Shown one piece after another: positions 10,000 through 23,360 of a DNA stretch of 64,000 nt (position 1 is the stretch's first letter; each line of letters begins with the position of its first letter). The stretch is from Oikopleura dioica (taxonomy: Eukaryota > Animalia > Chordata): positions 4,898,001-4,962,000 of the forward strand of contig OU015569.1 of NCBI GenBank assembly GCA_907165135.1, in the 5' to 3' direction. Below the pieces are notes generated by a model, which was not told where the DNA came from, did not search any database, and worked only from the letters and a program-made list of their open reading frames with translations. The translations under genes and the position numbers were made by a program.

Positions 10000-12882
10000 A
10001 TGGGCCAGTTTGACGTTAACATCAAATGGGGCAAGGAAAAGTTCAACGACATCACCGTAAATACTGATGAAGCGCCAGAAATCTTCAAGGCGCAGCTTTT
10101 CGCGCTCACCAATGTCCCACCAGGTCTATTATCTATGAATCTTCTGTTTTGCTAATTTTTATTTTTTTGAAGAACGGCAGAAGATCATGATCAAGGGAGG
10201 AGTGTTAAAGGACAGTTGGGACAACTTCCAGGGCAAATTGAAGAATGGCGCGATGATAATGCTGATGGGATCGGCCGACCCGCTTCCAGAAAAGCCCAAA
10301 GAACTGCCCCGATTCATGGAAGACATGGCAGATGCGGAGATGAATCAAGGAAAATGATAATCAATGATAAATCCATTCTCTTTTATTTAGTCTAGTTAAA
10401 GGAGCATGTAATATTCGCCAGATTTACAAAGTGTTGCGCTAAACGACAGATTTGAGATCATTAAGATTAAGATTGTTCCCATGTTGGTCCATACTGTTGT
10501 ATTTATGATGTTAAAGGCGAATTTTTTCGAGGTCAAGAGTGGTAGAAAAGAGAGAAGCATTTTTGTAGACAACTAATGTTCTACCTATTTATCCTGCCAG
10601 GCGCTCATTTATCTAAAAAACTACCAAATACTATAGATGAAATTCCATAAGAATTTTTTGGGCAAAAAAAATTCTTGTGAGTTATCAACATATTCTGAAA
10701 GCCCACATCAGAATTAGTAGATTCCCAAAATTCTAGCACTTGATGACGTCACGATGACGTCATTGGTGATGATTAAAGGTCCCGATCCCCAAAACCGTAG
10801 GTACGCTTTTTGAGGCTGTTTTTGTGAGAAAACTATTTTTTTCTTTCAAGGAGGTTGTTCAGCGTCGGAAACTTCGCGGGAATCCGGGTTCAAACCGGCC
10901 TTAACCAGCTGGTTACTTTGGCGGTTCAATCTTTAACCGGTCGGTTCGAAAAAATTCCTTCGGATTCCCGCGTAGTTTTTGACGCTGAACAACCTCCTTG
11001 AAAGAAAAAAATAGTTTTCCCACAAAAACAGCCTCAAAAAGCGTACCTACGGTTTTGGAAATCGGGACCTTTAATCATCACCTATGACGTCATCGTGACG
11101 TCATCAAGTGCTAGAATTTTGGGAATCTACTAATTCTGATGTAGGCTTTCAGAATATGTTGATAACTCACAAGAAATTTTTTTGCCCAAAAAATTCTTAT
11201 GGAATTTCATCTATACTTATTTCGCTTGTCAGAGATCCAATTTATATTTTTTTAAAAATAAACTATTTTCTAAAAATAAATAACTCCCTAACATGTTCTA
11301 TCTTTTAAGCTAGACTATGTTGAGCAAAACATTGTTGACTGTATTTCGTCGTGTTTTTGAGTCATATTTGCGAGAGCACTTGAAACCCAGGTGAAGCGGG
11401 TAGTTTTTTTTTAATAGAAATGATTGTATCGTAGAGAAGCAATAGTCAATTATCATTGAATAAGTGGCTAAGATTCCCGTCGGTATCGAGAACCTCGGCA
11501 ACACCTGCTACCTGAACTCGGTGATCCAATGTCTCCGCGTCATTCCGGAACTAAAAACTGCCCTTCAAGAGTACAGTCAATCCGACGCCTTTGTCAAGCA
11601 ACTGAAAGATCTGTGGAATTCGGTACCTTTAGTTTGCTTAGAATTTCCGTAAAAATATCAAAATAGCTTGACAATTCTCCGGAGGCAGCGAAGCCCATTG
11701 CCTTTTTGCTTGTGCTTCATGCAAACTTTCCTATTTTCGCCGAGCGAGGGCCTCAAGGAGGACTCAAGCAGCAAGACGCGAACGAAGCCTGGCTAAGCAT
11801 CTGCCGATATCTTCACCAATTGCCGGGAGCAGGAAACAAGGATCTCATGGAAGAGCTCTTCGGCGTCCAGTACAGGAGCGAAACAAAGTGCATAGAAGAA
11901 GGGGGCGAGACGGAGGCGAAAGTTGAGACAGACAAGCAGCTTTCTATTTCTGTGAGTGATGTCTTTTCGTTTCTTTTTGATCGATCAATTTAGTGCTTTA
12001 TCGACACTGACGTCAAATACTTGCTGACTGGTTTGAAAAAAAATCTTGTCGAGAAGATTGAAAAGAAGTCGGAAAAACTCGACCGCCAGGCACAATACGA
12101 AAAGGTATTTTCGTAATGTTTTCATGTGCTTATTAATCCGCTGATAGAACTCGACTATCGAAAGACTGCCACACTACCTTGCTGTTAACTTCATCCGATT
12201 CTATTACAAGACGGGCACTCAGAATTCCGCCAAAATTCTCAAAGGTAAGTCTCAAGTAATTCTCAAGAGTAATTTAGTTATGAGCACCGTATGAGCATGA
12301 TTTTTAGATGTTAAATTTCAAACAGAGTTTGATGCATGGGATCTCTGCGGGCCAAATCTTCAAGAAAAGCTCAAGCCAAACAGAGAGAAGCTCAAGTTGT
12401 TGACTGACAAAGAGCTCGATCTGTTGTCCCGAAAGAAGAAAAACGGGGTGCGCAAAATCGGTGAGTTTGCCGATCCCGTTTCAATATAAAATGTATATTC
12501 GAAGAACCACCAAAGTACACTCAGTTCGAAAAGACACACTTCGACGAAGACCATGGCTCCAACAACCACGGTTGGTACACTCTCAAGGCAGTTCTCACGC
12601 ACAAGGGTCGATCAATTGACGGCGGCCATTACATTGCCTGGACCAAACAAGAAGACGGCAGATGGATTAAATTCGACGACGACAAGGTAGCCTTCCTCTT
12701 TATTTTTATCCTCGCAATGTTCCTCATCTTAGGCAACTGTTGTAACAGAAGAAGAAGTATTGGCACTTTCTGGCGGTGGCGACTGGCACACTGCCTATAT
12801 CTGCATCTTCGAGACGAAGAAATTGCCCGTCTTCACCCCTGACCTTGAAAATGATCAAATGGAGAACATGGAGACCAGCTAA
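10000..12882 (+). CDS. USP14: Ubiquitin carboxyl-terminal hydrolase 14 (Ubp6)
   Basis: UBL N-terminus (VNIKWGKEKF, QKIMIKGG, LMGSAD); Cys box GIENLGNTCYLNS; QQDANE; His box VLTHKGRSIDGGHYIAW; LSGGGDWHTAY. Confidence 0.95.
10632..11215. mobile_element. Hairpin MITE (about 255-bp arms, 74-bp spacer, TA-flanked) in USP14 intron 2
   Basis: 10632-10886 is the near-perfect reverse complement of 10961-11215. The ends TA-TAGATGAAATTCC...GGAATTTCATCTA-TA fit a TA target site (Tc1/mariner-like). Confidence 0.85.
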
Positions 12883-13084
12883 AGATACATTCTACAAAAG
12901 AAAAAAAATAAGTTTTTAAGTTCACACCTTACCGCTACTGATACATGTAACTTACTTCAAGCATTCTCTGACTGACTTGTAGCAATCAACAAAAACAGAA
13001 CAGTACTTGTTTTCCTATTAAAGCAATAAAAAGATAATTAGAGGACTTGTGTTGTGTGAAATTTAGGCTCTAGCTTTAGACAGA

Positions 13085-16000
13085 ATGGTCCACAGAGACA
13101 TTTCGATTCATATCGGACTGGATGAGGTTTATGTCGAAGGGAATGGGGAAGTTCTCTTGATAAATCGTCAGACAGGGGCCATCGACGATCACAAATCGCA
13201 AGCTATTCCCACCCAGGACCGAGTTGTTCAATGTCTTGGGCTCTTTGGAATAATCAAGCTCCCAGGCTCGGTTATAATTATAAATTTTTACTCTTTTGGA
13301 GAGAGCTAGTCTAAGTCGTTCTTTTTACAACCAATTCAAAGCGGGCAATCATCTTGTCGTCATCAAAAGAGCCAAGAAGGTCGGAGACCTGTCACAAAAG
13401 AGCATCTTCCAGGTAGAAGAAACCGAAATCATCCCGATCACGCCTTCGAAAGCACGCAATCAAGGCATCGAGCAGGACAATGCCACATTTGTCGCCATGC
13501 TAAACCAAGTGCTCGCCACGCCGTCCTTTTACTTTTCCTACAATCTCGACCTCACACATACGCAGCAGAGGCTTGCCCACACGACAACCGATTTCAGAAG
13601 TCAACCGTTGATTCAACGCGCCGACCACCGATTCATTTGGAACGGGCACATGCTCCAGCCCAGGGTCTAGCAAAATTGGATGCGCGTTGGGTGACGCTGC
13701 GCCGTGGCGCCTCTCTCTCATCCCCGCCCCGGGTGCGCGCTTGAAAGTCCGCCAAAAATCGGAGGATTATCGTCATCCTAGAGTCATCCGAGCGCGGATG
13801 ACGATTTGGCGCGCTTGTGCTTTACGCTGTGCGCGGGGTGTCCGAAAAGCATTAGGGCCCGCTCAAATCTAAATGGGTGCGAACAGTGACCCAGTAATGG
13901 AAATCAGATGCAAATAACAGCGGGAGTAGAAAGGTTTCAGAAACAAGAAGATTCATGTTATAACAAAGAAAATTAGAAGCACGTGTCAGTGAAAAATCAC
14001 CATATTTGTGGATTCAAACTTTGCTTTCCATATGCTACCATGAAGTTTAACTCTTAGTGGAGAAGGCCCCTGGCCCCCTTTCCCGTACCCCGCGCAAATT
14101 ACTTTCGGGGAAGTCAAGAAAATTTCTTTAACGCATGCACGGCGGCTTAGAGCGATCTCGAGATTCTGAAGAACAGAATCTGGAAAGCCTGACCCAATCA
14201 GAGAGCCGACAAGGTTTTTTGCGATGACTGTAGCTGCTCTTGCCGCGAAATTGCGCGCGCTCCACATTGAGCGACTCTCAGGGCCAGGGTCGCTCAGATT
14301 CTCCTATCTCCACTTAGAGCTCAAATCCATGGTATAGCATTTTTGTTCAGATAAATTTCTGTATTATGAGAATTAGCTCAAAGGTCATTATTTATGAGTA
14401 TAATATAGTCTAAACAGAGTTTATCATAATACAAATTATAAACTTTAATTTACCTAGCTGAATAAAATATGGCTAAAGTAGCTAGAGCTGGCGCGAATAT
14501 ACAAAATAGTAATAATAAATCAGACCTAGGAGCGCAAATGGGAGCGGGAAAGCAGGCGCGCCGATCAGCGTTTGATCGTCATCTACCCCCGGATGATATT
14601 TGCGCGGTCACCCACCGCGGGGAGGACTGAGAGGCGCTAAGGCGCATAGTCATCCTACGCGCATCCAATTTTGCGAGCCCCTGCTCCAGCCCTTTATAGA
14701 ACGTAGATTTTATCAGGAAAGGTTGTCCAAAAAGCATCACGTAACTTTTTAACGATCGTCTGGACAACCATCGTTAGTTCTGCCTTCCAATAATTCACGG
14801 TTTCGTCGCTATCAAACCGATCTTTTTGAACGGATGCTCTTTCGACTGGGTTATCATCTCGAGAAGAAGCATTTACCGAGTCGGGACACGCTACTTTGTC
14901 AGAGGTAGGCAAGCTAGTCAAGTGAAAGTTCGAAATTTACAATTGTGTATTCAGGAGCGGATTTGGATGGAAACGTGGCGAATTACGTTGAGACAGAGCA
15001 ACTTGTGCAGTTCAACAAGAGCGTCGCGTCATTTGTTCTCACGCGTGGCTCAATCCCTTTCCAGTGGACACAACGGCCCAACATCAAGTACAAGCCTAAG
15101 CCAAAACTCAACAATCAAAACGACCAGTTGCTCATCTACAAGCGTCACATCGACGAGCAAGTAGTCCTCTACGGGCGCCAAGTGCTTGTCAATCTGATCG
15201 ATCAAAAAGGGGGCGAAAAGGTACTTTCGTTTATCCCCCAGTTACCTCATTTTATCATCCAATTATTCAGCTGCTAGAATCGCAGTTCTCTGACATTTAT
15301 CACAGAGCAGATAATAAGAAAGTGCGTTACGTGCATTTTGACTTCCACAAGGAGTGTTCAAAAATGCGCTGGCATCGGCTTTCTATTCTCATGGACAAAT
15401 TAAAACAAGATATCGAAGATCATGGATACTACTTCTCGACGAACGAGTCCACTCTTCAAAGACAGGTAAAATAAACTCAGAAATTGGAGCATTCTTTAAT
15501 CAGAGATATTGTTATCTTTGATATTAACGGAATAACGACTGTATGTTTATCATATTAAAGACTGGAGTGTTCCGAGTCAACTGCATCGATTGCTTGGACC
15601 GCACAAATGTAGTACAGTCCATGCTGGCAAAAGTCATTCTTGAAGAACAGCTCTTGAAACTGGGTGTTTTCAAACAAGGAAACCTTCTTTCGTCCTTCCC
15701 GGAATTCGAGTCCACTTATCGAAACGGTAAGCTTCATTGTCAATTAATAAGTGATGCGTTTACCGTGATTTCAACTGATGATGCGTTTTTCGTCAAATAA
15801 TGACAAATTATGAATAAATAAAGCTCCTTATTGTTCGTCACTACGAGCAACGGTGGGAACGCGGCTAGTGCTATTCTAAAGAGGATACATTTTACAAGCC
15901 ACTTTTGCTCTTGAGAGAGATGTGGGCTAAAGAGCTTCGTTTTTTCTTTCAACATCAAGAGTTTGCAAGTTTGCTTCAGTGTGGGCCGACAATGCAGACG

Positions 16001-16711
16001 CCTGTAGCACGCAGTACTCCGGAACCGGAGCGCTCAAGACAGACTACACAAGGTAATTTAAGATATCTTCTCGAATAATATCGCAAGCGAACTCCATCTC
16101 AAGGCAATTCCAATAAACGTACAAAAGAGTTTCGTTTATCAGCCAGATACTTGTCGATAACGGACACATTTCCACTCTCTTTGTGCGAGTTTTTATCGCC
16201 GAGTCGATATCGAATTGAGCTGATGGTTTTCCTTTAGAACCGGGGTGAGGACAAAACTAGGTTTGCTTCAAGACGGCAAAAACTCGGCTATCCGCTATTA
16301 TAAAAATAACTTCTGCGACGGTTTCCGACAGGTTCTCCTTCTTTTCTATTTTCATGGCGACAAATGCTTGTCTAGGATAGTTTGGACTTCTTTCTGGGCA
16401 ATTTCGTGTGGGATGACAACAAAGTATCGCCTTTCAGAGACAGTGCTCAACTCAAAGTGCGCATTATTCCCATTCTAGCGCTGGTCTCACTCTCCATGGC
16501 TATCATCGGTCTTTTGCTGCCTCCAAGTAAGTTCCTTGTTCTTTTCGCAAAGATTAACATTGATTGTTAAGGCGAGTCTCTACTAGAGCAAATGCTCTTC
16601 ATTTGCTTCTGGATTCTAACTGGGGTGGGCTCGTGCTTCTATGTGCTCCGTCACGGGCCTTATTACGTTAACCAGCCCCTGCTGGTGCACAAGCTTCAAA
16701 AGGATATATGA
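13085..16711 (+). CDS. SACM1L: Phosphatidylinositol-4-phosphate phosphatase SAC1
   Basis: [11 protein letters not shown]; RFIWNGH; [17 protein letters not shown]; [11 protein letters not shown]; [10 protein letters not shown]; catalytic CX5RT motif [15 protein letters not shown]; [14 protein letters not shown]; two C-terminal TM segments. Confidence 0.95.
13661..14683. mobile_element. 1023-bp non-autonomous hAT-type element inserted in a SAC1 coding exon
   Basis: 8-bp TSD CTCCAGCC (13653-13660 and 14684-14691). TIRs CAGGGTCTAGCAAAATTGGATGCGCG and CAGGGGCTCGCAAAATTGGATGCGCG. No transposase ORF. Confidence 0.9.
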
Positions 16712-17562
16712 CTAGAGGAAGTCTACTGTATATGATGTTTTCTAGTATATACAAAAACGTTCCCATTTCTTTCCTAAACTTTCGCTTTTCCTTTCGTCCG
16801 TTCGCGACATTAAGAAAAATATGCTTTTCCTTCGCGCTTAGAATTTTGCACGCGTCTCAAATTCAAAATGATTTTTCAACTATTCTTACTCATTCAATGT
16901 CCGCTTTTCTTCGGCTATTAAACTATAAATTGATCGAAACTTATCTAAAATGTAGTTTGTATGTACTATGGAGTCATCATATCATGTAGACAGTTATTCA
17001 ATATTTATAATTCTATAAGCTATAAATTGAAATAGCTTATAAAGTGTAAAATAAACCAAAGAATATTTAACTAATTTATTTTTGAAGCGCCAAAGAAGTG
17101 AATCTACTGATTATTATTAAACAAAAAAGTAGAGCTCATCTTATCTTCAAAGTGCTGAGCTAGCCCCCTGCGATAATTATCTTGTTTGTCGTTCGGAGTT
17201 GTTTCAGTCTCTCCAAACTCGATTCTTGCGAATTTAAAATTTATTCTATGTGCAAAAATTTTATCAGCTAATCCTTCTTCTCGTTTGACTACCTCTAGAA
17301 TAGTTCAATCATTTTATTTCATGGGGAGAAGAAACTCTACTGTTTCTGATAACATTTTTATTGCCAGATTTGCTTTGATCGAAGTTTGTACAGACGGAAA
17401 ACAACCTGTTTTGTTGATACTCATTCCTCTGATTTCACTGAAAAACATAAAAAAAGTGCAATTTCACGCTGATGACACTTGTAAACACTCGATATGCTTC
17501 TTCATAACAAAAGTAGAAACCTAGCAAAATCGTCGAACATCCCTTTTCAGAGCATTCTCAAA

Positions 17563-17818
17563 ATGTCCGAGATCTCGCAAAAAGGAGTCCCAACTAATGA
17601 CCCAAAGAATATCCACGATATGACTGCATTCGTCCAGCAAACGCTCACCGACATGCAGAACAAATTCACCAATATGTCTGACCAGGTGAGATCGCAAGTA
17701 GTCTTCCTTGATCTCAATTACTTTCTAGATGATGGGGCGCATGGATGCCATGTCCTCGAAACTCGACGATTTGGAGAAATCGATGCTGGCGATGATGGAC
17801 CAGGCTGAAGAGGACTAG
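17563..17818 (+). CDS. HSBP1: Heat shock factor binding protein 1
   Basis: DPKNIHDMTAFVQQTLTDMQNKFTNMSDQ|MMGRMDAMSSKLDDLEKSM across one short GT-AG intron. Confidence 0.92.
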
Positions 17819-18329
17819 CTCTAGTCATTCCGAAGAAAACGTCGTTTTTCAAACCCTTCCTCTTTCTCGTCCGAATACTCAAATATCAAAAAAAAAATCC
17901 TTCTAGTTTTCCATTTTCTTTTTATTTTTGTAGAAAGCAAATTTATGCCTCTCGTTTGTTCCTATTTTTTACTCGAATTCTCTCTTTCTCATTGTGAGAA
18001 GAAAAAATCATAGGCAAGAAGAAACGCCTGATCGATTTCTTGCTTACTAAAACTTACACTGAATAAAATTTTTCCAGACTCATCTTTTGATTTCATCTCT
18101 TTCTCATTCCTCGAGCAATTTGCAAGCAGATTTCAACCGTTAAATGCAGTACTCTCTTTCGAGAAAATAAACTTCTTGTCCGGATTTTCTACTTGCAAAT
18201 TCTGAAGCTTTCATCAGGCATATCTTTTTTAACTTTACGTCTTCGCGTTTCATTTCCACTTTACGATTCCTTGTTAATTCCACTGTTTTTTTCTGAAGAA
18301 CCTTCTTTACAAAAATTAATTCAGGAAAA

Positions 18330-19199
18330 ATGCCAAGAGAGCAAAAGTTCTGGGACGAATCAGAGAGTTCAGACTCAGACTTTCAAATCGCCAGCTCGGA
18401 AACTGAATCGGCCACGAGCAGTGCTTCAGAGGCTTCCGAGAGCGACACTGCCGAAAGCACAGACTACGATGACTCCGAAGCTTCAGAGTCAAACGAAGCT
18501 TCTGGCAGTGAAGAAGCAGAAGAAGATTCTGAGCCCGCGCGATCGTGCACAAATCCCAGCTGCGTCGCCGAGATTGAAAAACTGCAGGAGGAAGTTGACG
18601 GATATTTTGGTCATTTCCGAAAGTATGCGTACCTCATGCAATTGAAAGAGTATATCAAGTAAGTATTTTTATAAAAAAGTTGAATTTTATCAAATTTTTA
18701 GGGAACTCACTGAGCAGAACAAAAGGCTTCATACCCTGTGCACGAGTGATCTGATGGCGCAAAAGCGGGAGGAAGCGCTCGATGAGCTCCAGTCGATGTT
18801 AGAGAACTCTGAGAAACGACGAGCCGAGGAAAGAAAGGCGGCCATGAAAGAAATCAGCAGCCTTGAGAAGAAAATAAAGGCGAGGGTCCACATTTTTTCG
18901 TAAATCAGTCTGAAATTTATTGCTTGCAAATCCATTTTTGACCCTCAAAAAAGGAAAAGCGTGCACAGGTTGAGAGCTTGCCACCAAAACCAGCTCCCGG
19001 GAATGCCTCGCCTATCGTCATCTCTAGCGACGAAGATACTCCTACGGAGCAGGAATCGGAGGAGGATTATGATACAGATGAAGACTATCATAATGATCCT
19101 TATTCTAACTACCAGCGCACTTTGTCGGAGAAAGGTAAATTCTCGATTAAGTTTTTTTCTTAATTTTCAATTTAAATCTTAGTAAAACAAGAAAACTGA
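18330..19199 (+). CDS. Unknown acidic Ser/Glu-rich protein with central coiled coil
   Basis: Four phase-compatible exons, including a GC-AG intron at 18880-18953. ttcag lies 5 nt before the ATG; ends VKQEN*. Confidence 0.65.
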
Positions 19200-19508
19200 C
19201 TTCATCGTACCTGCCAGGGCCGCCTAAATGCTGCCACGAAGAAAAATTCAACGCTTTGTAAATTACATGTATTTCTTTGCTCACTCAGAAAGCCAGTGCA
19301 CAAAATATTAACTCTGCGTCGCCGATTGTATCATATTGTCTGAGGGTTAGGTTTAGGTTTTAGGGAACACAATATGACACAAAATCTGGCTCTTTGGCGT
19401 CGCTGTGGTTAACCCCTTCAAGTCTTTTTTCACTTCATTTATCTCTTCAACTGCGAAAATCGTTCTCGCCTATTTAAACAAAAAGGAATGGACTGGATTG
19501 ATTTCAGA

Positions 19509-20742
19509 ATGAAGAGGGAGCTGTTAGTCTGGCTTGATTTTTCGCAGGACACTGTTGACACACTGATGCGATGTGGAAACGCTGCCGAGACCAGAAGCGT
19601 TCTCTCCGATCGGCTTCACATCGAACGCGGCACAGACAAAGCAGAGATTCTCTTGGGTAAAAGGAGCCATTTATCTTTTGAAATAAGAGGGTTTAGATGC
19701 GTTCCAGGGGTGTTTGGCATACTCAAAAGAAAAAAAGTTCACTTCTGACAAAATCTCTGTAATGCTGGGTATTTTGAACCGCGTCCACAACTTCGCCTGC
19801 CAGACTTCATTCGAAAATAGCAAAGAAACGTACGTCCTGTAATTGAAGAACTATTTCGAGAATATTCTAGCGTTCAAGTTCTAAGAGACTTCATCCTCTC
19901 CCACGCATATCTCCGCCCTCCCTTCGCTATCGAGGTCTTCACAAATAAGGAATCGCAGCAAGTGCTCCAGTACTTTATGGACACTTACATTCGCCACTTC
20001 AAGCTCTACAAATACGTCTTCACCTCACGAATTGTGATGGACGTCGCGCTCGAGTTCCCCAACGAGCCAGAGGAAGTTCCCACTCCAGAGCCAGAGTCTG
20101 AGAAAGAGCCAATTGATGAGGCGCTAGCAGAAGCGCAAATGCCAGATGATGAGCTTGAAGAAATCATTAGGTAAGCGAGTAAAACTTTGTTTGATCAAGT
20201 CATAAAGTTTTTCAACGGGCAAGGAGAGCATATTTGAGAGTTCGCATATTTGAAAGTTCGGGTAAAATTGAAGATTTTATTGTTTCTATCGCATAGAAGG
20301 AGAGCAGTATAAAACAGTCGGGGGAGATTTCTCATCATGATATTTTCTAAAATGAAAAACGGGAGAATTTTCGAAAACTCTCTATTCTCGACAACGAATT
20401 CTTAAAATCAAGCTTGTGGAACTCCGAGAATTATTATGGATTGGATTGGAAATTTTCTATATCTTTATGATAAAAACTATCTGTTGTTGTAATAAAAATT
20501 GATTTTGTAGAAAACAGTCTATTCGTGATTTATTGTAGGGTGCTCAATTATGATTCAGAACCGCTGTGACAGGCAACTTCCAGGAAATGATGCGACGCTT
20601 CGAGAGCCAAATCGAGGAAACCGTTCGCCAAACGAGAGAAAATATCGATGGCCTTCAAAACAAAGATCAGGATGGCGAACTACAGAACTCCTCCACAACG
20701 CTTCAGAATAGCGGAATGTCTCTTAATCAATCGGAGAAGTAA
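19509..20742 (+). CDS. CFAP119: Cilia/flagella-associated protein 119 (CCDC189) family
   Basis: HAYLRPPFAIEVFT...YFMDTYIRHFKLYKYVFT signature; C-terminal coiled coil. Start taken at the ATG after tttcag. Confidence 0.8.
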
Positions 20743-20882
20743 CTTCTTCCCAACTTCTGTACAAAAACTCTGTCTGGGACCTCTCTACATTTTTACTTAA
20801 TAAAATATATTTTTATACAAATGCATTGACCAAAGCTCGTAAAGGAATCGGATTTAGGCAAAAGAATTCGGAGTCGCCCGGG

Positions 20883-22330
20883 ATGCAAGAAGCGACAAAC
20901 GTAGACGATGAAAATGAAGAGTTTGAGTTTATAAAGAAAAGAGAGGCCAGGCAGGCGAAAATCGAACAGATCGAAGTTGCGCTCAGAGTGGGAGATGTTG
21001 CTTCCCTCAGGAACCTGGCAAGTCAAACTGGTGGGCTGCTCGAAGACAGATTAAGGAGGTAAGCGCTCGTGAAACGGGTCGAAAGATGCTCATCGTTGCT
21101 GATTTTAAGAGAGTGCTGGCCACTGCTGCTTTCGATCGACACAAACCGCCTCCCGCAATGCGGAGATCGAAAGAAATTACGAGCTTCCAAACACTATGAA
21201 CAGGTGAAACTAGACGTCGACAGGTCTGTGAAACGCTTTCCCGATCGAATGCCAGAAAAACAAAGAAGAAGTTTACAAGATGTAAAATAATGAATTCTTT
21301 GCTCATTAGTCTAGTGTGATTTTAAGCAATTAATGGACCTGATTCTATGGGTGCTGGAAGAAGAAGATGATCTGCACTATTACCAGGGATACCACGACGT
21401 ATGCGTTACTGTATTGAGAGTCTGTGGCCTCAGACTCGGGCAAGTGATTGCCAAGGAATTAAGCAAACGCCACTTGCGCGACTATATGTGTCCAACGATG
21501 GACCAAACCCGAATGCTACTTGACTTTATTATGCCCATCATTAAAGGTAATCGGAAATCAAAAAGGAATGGCATAAAAAACCTCGCACTTATAGAAGAAG
21601 ACGACGAGCTGCACGACTTCCTGCTTGAGTCCGATGTTGGCACCATTTTCGCTCTGTCTTGGGTCATCACGTGGTACGGACACGTCTTGGCCGAACACAA
21701 GTTCATTGTCCGTCTCTTCGATCTATTCCTCGCTTCGCATCCTCTCATGGCTGTCTACACAGCTGCAGCTATGGGTAAGCACCGAATCCAATCTTGCTTG
21801 ATACCATTTTCTGTGTTCAGTTCTTCACTGTGCGGACGACGTCCTGGACCAGGAATGTGACATGCCGGCCGTGCACCATACTCTCGTCAATCTACCAGGA
21901 ACGCTCGATCTCTCAGGCAATTTGGAGCCAATAATCGCCCTTGCAAATACGCTCTTCAAAAAGCACCCTCCGTCTTACCTAGCGAAAGTAAGCGATCTCC
22001 GTTCTTCTCTAGCTCTTACTCAATCCTTTCCAGACCAAATATGAAGCATATGAGAACTGTTCTCTTATCAAAGAATTCACTCACATGGAGCCAACGGAAA
22101 GACTCGTGATTAGGAGGAGCACCTCGTCTCAAAAATTCATTCAGGAAATGCTCTTTAATCGACCCTTCTATAATTTGATAGCATCCAGGCTCTACCGCGT
22201 TATCTTATCATCCTTTTCCGAATGATTATTGAGCATTTTCTAGCTTCTTAGCGCTTCCTTGACGGTGGCTGGACTGATCGCCGTCGCTTACAACTACATG
22301 AACGACTTCTTCACCTTAAACTTACTCTAG
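20883..22330 (+). CDS. TBC1D20: TBC1 domain family member 20 (Rab GAP)
   Basis: QVKLDVDRS (Arg finger); LHYYQGYHDV (Gln finger); FALSWVITWYGH; VRLFDLFLASHPLMAVY; C-terminal TM anchor. Start codon uncertain. Confidence 0.92.
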
Positions 22331-22930
22331 CTCGGCAACTGATATCATCATCATCACCAAAGTATTCTAAGTATTCAAAGTTCTGTCTCTCCAACTTTCT
22401 ACTACTACAGCTGGAATCTTCAATTTAAAACAAGTCAAACTAAAAAACGCGGTCGCTGGTGTTTCTAATTTTCATCTTTCTATCTCTCTCTTCTTTTTTT
22501 AAACAGAAAATTCATATTTTTAAATGTTACAGTATCGTTGTGTTGAACTCTTTTTAGGACATGACAGTTATGATGTTTTTAAGTATCATCTACGTATCTT
22601 CTTTTAATAGTTCAGTTTTCAAGTAAAGTATTCATTAATAACTTAAATAAACCTCTTCAATATCTTTCAACTGAAAATTGTTTACTCTAATTTTGGTAGA
22701 ATGCGCATTTTGAGATGCAAGTCGCGCGTATACTTGAGTGCAGGAAAGATTACTAACAAGAAAAAGCGCAGGGAAAAGGTGAAGCAGCGGGAAATCTCGA
22801 CAATGGTTTATAAACGACTCATGATCAGGGTTCACTTTGCAAATTTTTTGTAGAAGGCGCATAAATAGGAGATAGAACGCAAGATACAGTGTTAGTTATT
22901 AGTACCTTGTTTTTCGTTGTGAGTCCTTGA

Positions 22931-23245
22931 GTGGCGATTGAAAAAGGCCAAAATCATGAGAATCCGAAGGGCGGAGCAGCGTCGTCTAAATCAGCAGATT
23001 TGCGAGACATAATGTCGGAAAAGAGGAAGCCCGTCTTCAAAGCAAAGTTGGCGCCTTTCTTAGATCGCAAAATTGCATCGAGCTTCCCACTTTCAAAATT
23101 GGAAAAGATTGCAGGTAACTTACTTAGTTTCGATAGAGAAGAGCGCTTCTTTATTTTTGAAAAGTCAGTTGCAAATTCTGGATTGTTAGCAAAGCAGATG
23201 AAAGCAAAACTTGCCCGTGCGATGCAAAAGATCACACCCGGATGA
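22931..23245 (+). CDS. Possible small basic protein between TBC1D20 and WDR45B
   Basis: Lys-rich open frame with coding-like composition; no recognised family; exon structure unresolved. Confidence 0.25.
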   Translation: MAIEKGQNHENPKGGAASSKSADLRDIMSEKRKPVFKAKLAPFLDRKIASSFPLSKLEKIAGNLLSFDREERFFIFEKSVANSGLLAKQMKAKLARAMQKITPG

Positions 23246-23360
23246 TGACGGAGAAACATAATTCAGCGCTGCTCAAATAAACACTACCCCAGAGATCATT
23301 TTTCTTCTGTAAATTCTGTGTTCGATGATAGAAGAGAAAATATGAATGACTGTTTTAAGA

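Noticed and set aside
19344-19365. Telomere-like GGGTTAGGTTTAGGTTTTAGGG (similar short runs near 5068, 37935, 43554)
   Set aside because: Only 2-4 degenerate units; too short to support an interstitial telomere.
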